From the NCBI RefSeq assembly GCF_000829315.1, contig NZ_AP013028.1, positions 180,001 to 212,000 of the forward strand: DNA of 32,000 nucleotides. Reading direction: 5' to 3'. How positions within the stretch are numbered: the first letter of the stretch is position 1; every line of letters starts with the position of its first letter. Position numbers and translations under genes: made by a program. This document shows, one piece after another, positions 9,873 through 16,899 of the stretch. Under the pieces are notes generated by a model. It saw only the letters and a list, made by a program, of their open reading frames with translations. It had not been told where the DNA came from and did not search any database. Source of the stretch: Wolbachia endosymbiont of Cimex lectularius (GTDB lineage Bacteria; Pseudomonadota; Alphaproteobacteria; Rickettsiales; Anaplasmataceae).

Positions 9873-10193
9873 CTAGTTTTCTCTTTCCGACCATTGCTGA
9901 TACGGACCTCTCCAACTAATTTTTTTTAAGACTAATTCCAACAAGCTTGGCTCTTCTCCATTCTTTTTACTCCACACTCGAAAATAGTAATATACGCTTT
10001 CCCATCTTGGAAAACCCTTTGGTAACATCCTCCACTGACAACCACTTTTTAAGACGTACAACACCCCACAAAATACGTCATACAAATCAAGTTTTCTTGG
10101 TTTTGTTTTCTGCTTGCTACTCTCCAAAATTGGCCTGATTTTTTCAAACTGCTCTTGACTTATATTACTTGGATAACTTTTCTGCATAGACAC
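9873..10193 (-). CDS. IS5-family transposase, N-terminal part (orfA)
   Basis: Translation identical to 6660..6980. Confidence 0.85.
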   Translation of the reverse strand: MSMQKSYPSNISQEQFEKIRPILESSKQKTKPRKLDLYDVFCGVLYVLKSGCQWRMLPKGFPRWESVYYYFRVWSKKNGEEPSLLELVLKKISWRGPYQQWSEREN

Positions 10194-10211
10194 CTCATTA
10201 TTAATCTATGC

Positions 10212-10838
10212 TTACTTTACCTCACATTTCCAAGATTTTAAACAGGTTCTTACAAACATATCCTTTCTAGCTTTTATATCCTTATCACTTAAAGGAACTG
10301 TTTGGTCTTCCATTCCTGTGTTTCTATCATTGCAAGCTTTCCAACACAAAATAGCTGCTTGCTTTAGTGTTAACTGACTATAATTATCTTTGAAACTATT
10401 TCCTGTTCTATTGATAAACTTTAAGCATTCAAGTGCTTGAGATTTTTCGTCTGCTTTAAACTCATTTGACTGTATAATGTACTCCTCAATATCAGTTGTA
10501 TTTCCCCTATTTAGCTGTACATAGAACTCTTCCTTATTTAGGTCCTCTCTATATTTCTCTATGAGTTTATCAACACTTAAGTTTACACTAGAAACTGCAT
10601 TTGGATCGTGAGTGGTTTGCGCAACAAAAGGAAGGACATCAACTAAACCATGCATGAGAAGCGGTCTTTCTTCTTCCGGAATTTCTCGCATTAAGTTAAA
10701 AAGCTGCTGCACTTCTCCAACGAGTGTCCGGTTTAGTAGCCACAGGAATAACGCAGGTAATGCTAAAAGTATACAGGAAGCAATAATGCATACGACTAGA
10801 ACAGCTTTTAATATTACCCTAATGATATTTTTGGCCAA
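10212..10838 (-). CDS. hypothetical N-terminally membrane-anchored protein, C-terminus replaced by IS sequence
   Basis: TTG start and one N-terminal TM helix (VILKAVLVVCIIASCILLALPALFLWLL), then a soluble domain containing Cys residues. The last 12 codons (RTCLKSWKCEVK*) are read from the IS copy 2 end. Removing the IS restores ..KDMFVRISLILKS*. Confidence 0.55.
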   Translation of the reverse strand: MAKNIIRVILKAVLVVCIIASCILLALPALFLWLLNRTLVGEVQQLFNLMREIPEEERPLLMHGLVDVLPFVAQTTHDPNAVSSVNLSVDKLIEKYREDLNKEEFYVQLNRGNTTDIEEYIIQSNEFKADEKSQALECLKFINRTGNSFKDNYSQLTLKQAAILCWKACNDRNTGMEDQTVPLSDKDIKARKDMFVRTCLKSWKCEVK

Positions 10839-11071
10839 GCCGATAATCTCGTTTCATTTTCTCCTGGTTTCAAAAAATAATCTACTAACCATGAATACAG
10901 AAGAAACTGTACAAGAAGAGCAAATGGGACAATCATACTTACCAGTAAGATTATGCTAATGGATCGCCTGATTTTACCAGTATTGTGGTAAGCATTTTGT
11001 GCTCTTTCTATCATAGCACGTGCTCTATCTTGCTGTTGATTATTATTTTCGCCTAACATACCATACACCAT
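10814..11071 (-). CDS. hypothetical small membrane protein (85 aa)
   Basis: ORF with one long hydrophobic segment (SISIILLVSMIVPFALLVQFLLYSWLV). Overlaps the next ORF by 25 nt. First gene of the minus-strand cluster. Confidence 0.45.
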   Translation of the reverse strand: MVYGMLGENNNQQQDRARAMIERAQNAYHNTGKIRRSISIILLVSMIVPFALLVQFLLYSWLVDYFLKPGENETRLSAWPKISLG

Positions 11072-11318
11072 ATTTTAACACCAGTATATCTTGTTATAAA
11101 AGGCATGTTAATGAGAAATTTATAGGCTATAGCTTAATATAAAGATTATACCAACTTTCGTTATCGGGAAGTCAAACAAAACATAAGAGATCTATTTTTT
11201 TATAGCAAATATATTGCTTTTCAGAAAAATATTAATAGCATTAAACAAGACTCTGGTATTAGTTTTGACTACCTCAATTCTTCTGTCAGATTAAGTTTTA
11301 TCTAGCACAATAAATACG

Positions 11319-12320
11319 ATGTTTAATTTCCCAAACACACAGTTAAGGCGTAGACGCTCAAGTAAATGGATTCGCAATTTAACAAGTGAAAGCATTTTAT
11401 CAGTAAACGACTTGATTTTTCCCCTGTTTGTTCATGGTAAAGAAGAAATAACCGAACCAATTCCTGGCTTACCTGATATAAAATGTTACTCAATAGATGG
11501 ATTGGTTTCCATGGCTCAAGAAGCTGAGGATTTAGGAATTAATGCTATTGCAATTTTTCCTGTAGTTGACAGTAAGTTAAAATCTGAAAATGCTGAGGAA
11601 GCATACAATCTGGACAATTTAATCTGCAAGACAATTCGTGCTGTAAAATTAAAGGTGCCGGGCATTGGCATTATCGCAGATGTTGCACTTGATCCATACA
11701 CCACTCATGGTCATGATGGCATTTTAAAAAGCAATCGGATAGACGTGGAAAACGATGAAACTGTGTCAGTGTTGCTAAAGCAAGCACTTGCTTTGGCAAA
11801 AGCAGGATGTGATATAGTTGCCCCTTCTGATATGATGGATGGTAGAATAGGGAAAATAAGAAGAGCATTGGATGATAATGGCTTTCAAGATGTATCAATA
11901 CTATCTTATGCAGTGAAATATTGCTCCAGCTTCTATGCACTATTCAGACAAGTTGTTGGTTCATGCGAGCCGTCAAATTCTATCGATAAAAGTGGTTATC
12001 AAATGGATTATAGAAATGCAAGAGAGGCAATTTGCGAAATCGAAATGGATATAAACGAAGGCGCAGATTTTATTATGATAAAACCAGGTATGCCATACTT
12101 GGATGTAATCAAAACAGCAAGTGATAAGTTTAATTTTCCGATTTTTGCCTATCAGGTAAGTGGTGAGTATGCAATGATAAAGGCTGCAACAAACAATGGC
12201 TGGCTGGATTATGACAAAGTAATTTATGAGTCTTTAATTAGCTTTAAACGCGCGGGTGCGAGTGCAATATTCACCTATGCCGCACTTGATGTTGCAAAAA
12301 ATTTGAGGCAAGAAGCGTAA
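11319..12320 (+). CDS. hemB: porphobilinogen synthase (delta-aminolevulinic acid dehydratase)
   Basis: 333 aa with typical HemB blocks (RRRR..W.R....E..L...DLI.PLFV, PSDMMDGRIG.IR, YA.KY.S.FY.PFR, IMIKPG.PYLD, AYQVSGEYAM). Confidence 0.95.
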   Translation: MFNFPNTQLRRRRSSKWIRNLTSESILSVNDLIFPLFVHGKEEITEPIPGLPDIKCYSIDGLVSMAQEAEDLGINAIAIFPVVDSKLKSENAEEAYNLDNLICKTIRAVKLKVPGIGIIADVALDPYTTHGHDGILKSNRIDVENDETVSVLLKQALALAKAGCDIVAPSDMMDGRIGKIRRALDDNGFQDVSILSYAVKYCSSFYALFRQVVGSCEPSNSIDKSGYQMDYRNAREAICEIEMDINEGADFIMIKPGMPYLDVIKTASDKFNFPIFAYQVSGEYAMIKAATNNGWLDYDKVIYESLISFKRAGASAIFTYAALDVAKNLRQEA

Positions 12321-12376
12321 GAACCTGTTTAAAATCTTGGAAATGTGAGGTAAAGTAAGCATAGATTAATAATGAG

Positions 12377-12697
12377 GTGTCTATGCAGAAAAGTTATCCA
12401 AGTAATATAAGTCAAGAGCAGTTTGAAAAAATCAGGCCAATTTTGGAGAGTAGCAAGCAGAAAACAAAACCAAGAAAACTTGATTTGTATGACGTATTTT
12501 GTGGGGTGTTGTACGTCTTAAAAAGTGGTTGTCAGTGGAGGATGTTACCAAAGGGTTTTCCAAGATGGGAAAGCGTATATTACTATTTTCGAGTGTGGAG
12601 TAAAAAGAATGGAGAAGAGCCAAGCTTGTTGGAATTAGTCTTAAAAAAAATTAGTTGGAGAGGTCCGTATCAGCAATGGTCGGAAAGAGAAAACTAG
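12377..12697 (+). CDS. IS5-family transposase, N-terminal part (orfA)
   Basis: Translation identical to the other orfA copies. A8 tract at 12643-12650. Confidence 0.85.
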   Translation: MSMQKSYPSNISQEQFEKIRPILESSKQKTKPRKLDLYDVFCGVLYVLKSGCQWRMLPKGFPRWESVYYYFRVWSKKNGEEPSLLELVLKKISWRGPYQQWSEREN

Positions 12698-13172
12698 CTT
12701 TTGTATAATTGATTCTCAAAGCGTTAAAAACGCAGATACTGCTGAAAAAAAAGGCTATGATGCAGGTAAAAAGATTTCAGGGATAAAGCGCCATATTGCA
12801 GTTGATACACAAGGTTTGCCACATGCAATTTATGTAACAACGGCAGAAGCAACTGACCGTAGCAGTGCTGTGAAAATGGTCGAAAATGCTAAAGCAAACC
12901 TCTCTGAAGTTAAAAACATACTGGTTGATGCTGGCTACACAGGAGAAAATTTTGCAACACAAATAAAAGCTATCATTGGTGCGACTGTTGAAGTAATAAA
13001 GCGAAGTGAGTTACACACTTTCGTCGTATTGCCAAAAAGATGGGTTGTTGAACGCTCTTTTGCCTGGTTAGAAAAGTGCAGGCGATTGTGGAAAAATTGC
13101 GAGCGGAAGCTCAACACTAGCTTACAGATGATAGTCCTCTCCTTCATTTCTCTCCTGTTACGAAGATTTTAA
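12645..13172 (+). CDS. IS5-family transposase, linker plus DDE part (orfB, +1 frame, no own start; needs a frame change in the A8 tract)
   Basis: My hand translation of the +1 frame from the A8 tract gives KKLVGEVRISNGRKEKTSFCIIDSQSVKNADTAEKKGYDAGKKISGIKRH..., uninterrupted to 13172. This is the canonical IS5 linker (..IDSQSVK..GYDAGKK..). The ORF track lists only its distal 118 aa (12816..13172). Confidence 0.7.
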   Translation, partial: KKLVGEVRISNGRKEKTSFCIIDSQSVKNADTAEKKGYDAGKKISGIKRHIAVDTQGLPHAIYVTTAEATDRSSAVKMVENAKANLSEVKNILVDAGYTGENFATQIKAIIGATVEVIKRSELHTFVVLPKRWVVERSFAWLEKCRRLWKNCERKLNTSLQMIVLSFISLLLRRF

Positions 13173-13296
13173 ACAGGTTCTAACACGCACTGTAGAAAGT
13201 TTACTTTTTATGTATCTATTCAGCGGAATGGTAAAATGAGATAGACAAGATGCTATAAAAAAGTAATTATACAGTAAAAGTGAGTTTACAACAAAT

Positions 13297-13466
13297 GGTG
13301 CATCCTAGTGCTTCCTTTTCTTGCCATTCCAGCACCCTCTTCTTGTCATCCAAGTAGCGGACACTGGGGTCCAGTTTCCATAAAACGGTGTATTTTAACA
13401 TAACTTTTACACTCACTAACCTAATAAAATTCTTAGATTCCAGCGTCACGCGCACAACTGTACGAA
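13297..13466. repeat. degenerate copy of the palindromic MITE-like element
   Basis: Shares GGTGCATCCTAGTGC.., CTTGTCATCCAAG..CACTGGGGTCCAG.., TATTTTAACATAA.. and ATTCCAGCGTCACGCGC blocks with 13500-13702 and 31328-31555. Confidence 0.55.
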
Positions 13467-13499
13467 GATTGCAATTAGCAGGTAATTTGCGTAACAGAC

Positions 13500-13702
13500 G
13501 GTGTCATCCCAGTGCTCCGACACTGGGTCCAGCCTTTCCATAATCATCAAAAACGTCGTATTTTAACATAAAACAGCTACTTTTATACTCACCAACTTAA
13601 TAAAATTCCTGGATGCCAGTATCAGCTACTTGCATGGTACCCTAGTGGTAGGCCCAAATCACAATGTTCGTACAGTTGTGCGTCACGCGCTGGAATGACA
13701 CC
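13500..13702. repeat. MITE-like palindromic element (about 203 bp) with 16-bp imperfect terminal inverted repeats
   Basis: The ends GGTGTCATCCCAGTGC and GCGCTGGAATGACACC are reverse complements at 14 of 16 positions. Internal hairpins are CCCAGTGC..GCACTGGG-type. Near-identical copy at 31354-31555. Confidence 0.75.
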
Positions 13703-13858
13703 ACTTGTTGTAAAAACAAATGTTCGTTCATAAATTACAACTAGCTATAGATATTTAAGAAATTTACTAAATAAAAAAAAGGCAAAAGAAATCCCGAGTG
13801 GCGAGTTTTGACTCTATAATACTTTAAATTGGCCTATAATCATTTGCTGACGCTTAGT

Positions 13859-13966
13859 TTAAGCGCGACTTGGCTGAATGTAGAAAAAATGAAAAAGACA
13901 TGCAGCTGCTATAATTTGATACAATTCGCCAAAAAATACCCTGAGTTTTTTACTGAATTTTGTCAT
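13859..13966 (-). CDS. candidate small ORF (35 aa, MTKFSKKLRVFFGELYQIIAAACLFHFFYIQPSRA) inside repeat copy P2
   Basis: Starts about 35 nt downstream of the predicted transcription start of the 14007-14035 promoter, with CAGG 6-9 nt upstream of the ATG. The start region ATGACAA is conserved with the ORF at 22773. Confidence 0.2.
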   Translation of the reverse strand: MTKFSKKLRVFFGELYQIIAAACLFHFFYIQPSRA

Positions 13967-14006
13967 TGAGCCTGCAGATCAAAAACAAGTTTTGAGTTAG
14001 AAATAC

Positions 14007-14035
14007 CCTTGTTACTATAATAACGAAATTGTTAG
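14007..14035 (-). promoter_or_regulatory. near-consensus sigma70 promoter with upstream A-tract (copy P2)
   Basis: Minus strand reads gaaacaaaaaaaactac-TTGACA-17 nt-TATTAT. It fires leftwards, away from nuoJ, into repeat sequence. Confidence 0.5.
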
Positions 14036-14148
14036 AACTTGTCAAGTAGTTTTTTTTGTTTCATGACACACGCTGCCATGCAATAAGTTTATTGACTTCA
14101 TAGCAATAGTTACTTTAAATTAGTAACTGTTGTTGCAGTTAAATATTA

Positions 14149-14736
14149 ATGACTTTTTTCTTTTATTTTTTTGCAATTCTTAGCATTTTATCCGCTGTTT
14201 GTGTGATCAGCGCAAGGAATCCTGTGCATGCAGTACTATTTTTAATTTTCACTTTCGTCAACTCTGCGGCTCTTTTTATCCTCCTTGGAGCTGAGTTTAT
14301 TGCTATGATGGTGCTGATAGTATATATCGGGGCAGTTGTAGTGTTATTCCTTTTTGTAGTTATGATGCTCGATATTGACTACATAAGATTGCGTCAGGGT
14401 TTTGCAAAGCATCTGACTGTTGGTGCTGTATTATGTGTCGTGTTTTTTCTCATTATCAGTTTCGTAATCCGCAGCTCAGCGCTGAATATAAGCAATGTTA
14501 TAAACTATAATGCCAATAATGTGAAAGCCATCGGTAATTTGCTCTATACTGACTATATGTACGCTTTTCACCTTTCTGGCATTTTGTTACTTGTTGCAAT
14601 TGTGGGCGCGATTGCTCTTACTTTGCAGGATAAGAAAAAAGGAGTCAAAAGACAGAATGTATTAAAGCAATTGACACAATCCTCATCTGTAAAGTTGGTT
14701 AAGGCTAAATTTGGAAAAGGAGTAGAATGGAAATAG
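14149..14736 (+). CDS. nuoJ: NADH-quinone oxidoreductase subunit J
   Basis: 195-aa hydrophobic protein with the typical NuoJ N-terminus (..[15 protein letters not shown]...A.LF.LLGAEF.A...LIVY.GAV.VLFLFV.MML). First gene of the nuoJKLMN run. Confidence 0.93.
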   Translation: MTFFFYFFAILSILSAVCVISARNPVHAVLFLIFTFVNSAALFILLGAEFIAMMVLIVYIGAVVVLFLFVVMMLDIDYIRLRQGFAKHLTVGAVLCVVFFLIISFVIRSSALNISNVINYNANNVKAIGNLLYTDYMYAFHLSGILLLVAIVGAIALTLQDKKKGVKRQNVLKQLTQSSSVKLVKAKFGKGVEWK

Positions 14737-15035
14737 GATTAGATCATTTCTTGGTAGTTGCCGCTATTTTATTCACTATTGGAGTGTGCGGTATTTTCAT
14801 CAACCGTAAAAGCATAATTAACATATTATTATCAATAGAGGTATTGTTGCTAGCAATTAATATCAATTTAGTCGCTTTTTCTGCTTTTACGAATGATATA
14901 GTTGGGCAAATTTTTGTCATGTTTGTGTTGACTGTTGCCGCAGCGGAGTCAGGAATAGGACTTGCAATATTAGTTGTATATTATAGAAGCCGTGGCAATA
15001 TAGACGTTGAACGAGCGAACTTAATGAAAGAATGA
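14727..15035 (+). CDS. nuoK: NADH-quinone oxidoreductase subunit K
   Basis: 102 aa with three TM helices and the typical block (..[18 protein letters not shown].......[19 protein letters not shown]). Confidence 0.95.
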   Translation: MEIGLDHFLVVAAILFTIGVCGIFINRKSIINILLSIEVLLLAININLVAFSAFTNDIVGQIFVMFVLTVAAAESGIGLAILVVYYRSRGNIDVERANLMKE

Positions 15036-15039
15036 AGGT

Positions 15040-16896
15040 ATGACTGATATACTAAAATTAATAGTGTTTTTGCCACTTTTTAGTTCATTATTTGCAGCGC
15101 TTTTTAGAAGAGATATTTTTAGTCAGTTAATAACAACTGCAGGAATTGGAATATCTGCTGTTTTATCTTGGTATGTTTTTTTCACCTTTTCTCAAGATTA
15201 TCACTTGAGTTTATTCCCTTTGTTTTCGTTGAGCGTCCTAAAAGTAAATTGGGTGATTAATGTGGATGCTCTCTCATCTTTGATGTTGATTGTAATTACC
15301 ACCGTTTCGCTGGTAGTTCATCTTTATTCTATCGGTTATATGAAACATGATAAGGGAAAGTCTAGGTTCTTTTCTTGTTTATCGCTGTTTACGTTTTGCA
15401 TGATTGTACTGATCGTGAGTGACAATTTTGTGCAGCTTTTCTTTGGCTGGGAAGGAGTTGGCTTGTGCTCTTATTTACTCATAGGATTTTGGTTTCAAAA
15501 ATACTCTGCAAATAATTCAGCATTCAAAGCATTTGTTGTAAATAGAGTAGGGGACTTTGCGCTATTAATTGGAATTTTTCTTATTTATTACACATTTCAT
15601 TCTTTGAAGTTTGCTGAAATTTTTGACACAGCTGATATTCTTGGTGCACAGAGCATTAGGGCGTTCTGTTGTGAATTCAGGGTGGTTCATATAATATGCA
15701 TATTACTTTTTATTGGTTGTATGGGAAAGTCTGCTCAGCTTGGCCTACATGTTTGGTTGCCAGATGCAATGGAAGGGCCAACACCTGTTTCTGCACTCAT
15801 TCATGCAGCAACTATGGTAACGGCAGGTATATTTTTAGTAGCAAAATGTTCTCCACTATTTGAGCTATCAAATGTAGCACAAGAATTGATAGTAATTGTT
15901 GGTGCGCTTACTGCCTTTTTTGCAGCTACCGTTGCGGTTACTCAGAACGATATAAAGAAAATAATTGCTTATTCAACTTGCAGCCAACTTGGTTATATGT
16001 TCATGGCATGTGGCCTTTCTGCTTACAATGTCGCTATTTTTCATTTAATGACACACGCCTTTTTTAAGGCTTTATTGTTCCTCAGCGCAGGTAATGTGAT
16101 TCATGCAATGCATCATGAGCAAAACATTCAGAAAATGGGAAACTGCTGGAAAAAAATTCCTTGTACTTACGCTCTCATGTGGATTGGATCTCTTGCACTT
16201 TCTGGGATATTTCCATTTGCAGGTTTTTATTCAAAGGACCTAATAATTGAGCATGCTTATAGTGCTGATAGTTTTGCTTTTGTAATGAGCTTGGTTGTTG
16301 CGTTCTTTACGGCGTTTTATTCTTGGAGGTTATTGCTTCTTGTATTTCATAGCCAAAAACAAAGTAAAATTAATATACATGAAGCACCGAAAATTATGCT
16401 CATACCACTACTAATACTTGCTCTTGGGTCGGTATTTTCTGGAATATGGGGAGCAAATGTTTTAAATATAACTAGTAATGCGTTTTGGAAATTAAGTTTA
16501 GTAGTTGTTAATGAGCATGAAATCCATAATTTCTTTATAAAGTTACTACCAACTCTAGTGAGTCTAAGCGGGATAGCGTTTGCGTACTTGATTTACCGCT
16601 ATCAAAAATTTCAGCAGATTAAAAGTAAATTTTTACTTAAATTTTTGCAGAATAAATGGTACTTTGATGAGGTATATGATTTTGTCATAGTTGCACCGAT
16701 GAAGTTTATATCTAGGTTTCTATGGGAGTTTGATGTTAAAGCTGTTGATTCATTTGGACCAAACGGTGTGGTAAGTTTGGTTAATGAGTGTTCAAAAAGT
16801 TCTATGAAGTTACAGACAGGCTACATATTTGATTATGCGTTTATTATGTTTGTTACTTTAATAATCGGTGCTTTGTATATTATTGGAATTAAATAG
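15040..16896 (+). CDS. nuoL: NADH-quinone oxidoreductase subunit L
   Basis: 618-aa antiporter-like subunit (GWEGVGLCSYLLIGFW, WLPDAMEGPTPVSALIHAATMVTAG). Confidence 0.95.
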   Translation: MTDILKLIVFLPLFSSLFAALFRRDIFSQLITTAGIGISAVLSWYVFFTFSQDYHLSLFPLFSLSVLKVNWVINVDALSSLMLIVITTVSLVVHLYSIGYMKHDKGKSRFFSCLSLFTFCMIVLIVSDNFVQLFFGWEGVGLCSYLLIGFWFQKYSANNSAFKAFVVNRVGDFALLIGIFLIYYTFHSLKFAEIFDTADILGAQSIRAFCCEFRVVHIICILLFIGCMGKSAQLGLHVWLPDAMEGPTPVSALIHAATMVTAGIFLVAKCSPLFELSNVAQELIVIVGALTAFFAATVAVTQNDIKKIIAYSTCSQLGYMFMACGLSAYNVAIFHLMTHAFFKALLFLSAGNVIHAMHHEQNIQKMGNCWKKIPCTYALMWIGSLALSGIFPFAGFYSKDLIIEHAYSADSFAFVMSLVVAFFTAFYSWRLLLLVFHSQKQSKINIHEAPKIMLIPLLILALGSVFSGIWGANVLNITSNAFWKLSLVVVNEHEIHNFFIKLLPTLVSLSGIAFAYLIYRYQKFQQIKSKFLLKFLQNKWYFDEVYDFVIVAPMKFISRFLWEFDVKAVDSFGPNGVVSLVNECSKSSMKLQTGYIFDYAFIMFVTLIIGALYIIGIK

Positions 16897-16899
16897 AAA

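Larger units (their letters stand above)
9389..10249 (-). mobile_element. IS5-family insertion sequence, copy 2 (861 bp, intact 3-bp TSD TTA)
   Basis: Same element as 6604-7464, inverted. Flanked by TTA at 9386-9388 and 10250-10252. Confidence 0.92.
12321..13180 (+). mobile_element. IS5-family insertion sequence, copy 3 (860 bp, TSD TAA; best-preserved transposase frame)
   Basis: Same termini as the other copies. Flanked by TAA at 12318-12320 (which is the hemB stop codon) and TAA at 13181-13183. The second A tract is A8 (12745-12752) instead of A9. Confidence 0.92.
13720..14075. repeat. composite intergenic repeat, copy P2 (promoter-bearing)
   Basis: Shares ordered blocks with 22690-23160 (opposite orientation) and 31560-32000 (same orientation). 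The blocks are CAACTAGCTATA..ATATTTAAGAAATTTAC, AAAAGACATGCAG and CTTGTCAAGTAGTTTTTTTTGTTTCATGACACACGCTGCC. Confidence 0.7.

Noticed and set aside
6604-10249. IS copies 1 and 2 (inverted) plus the 1.9-kb insert as a composite transposon, or as the product of a simple inversion between the two copies.
   Set aside because: The outer flanks (TAA and TTA) are not a direct duplication. Copy 2 has its own perfect TTA/TTA duplication and a reconstructable empty site. The triplet pattern expected from an inversion (x, rc(y), rc(x), y) does not fit the observed TAA, TTA, TTA, TTA.
10612-10959. 115-aa plus-strand ORF opposite the 208-aa and 85-aa genes.
   Set aside because: It is antisense to two co-oriented ORFs with TM-helix features. 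Its Ser/Thr/Arg-rich translation has no features.
10814-11071. Possibility that the 85-aa and 208-aa ORFs are one frameshifted gene.
   Set aside because: This cannot be decided from the sequence alone. The 208-aa frame opens only 15 nt before its TTG start, and each ORF has its own TM segment. They are kept as two ORFs and flagged for comparison with orthologues.
13267-13455. 62-aa minus-strand ORF in the nuoJ-upstream intergenic region.
   Set aside because: It lies entirely within the degenerate palindromic repeat. It has no start context or motif, and the equivalent repeat copies do not keep the frame.
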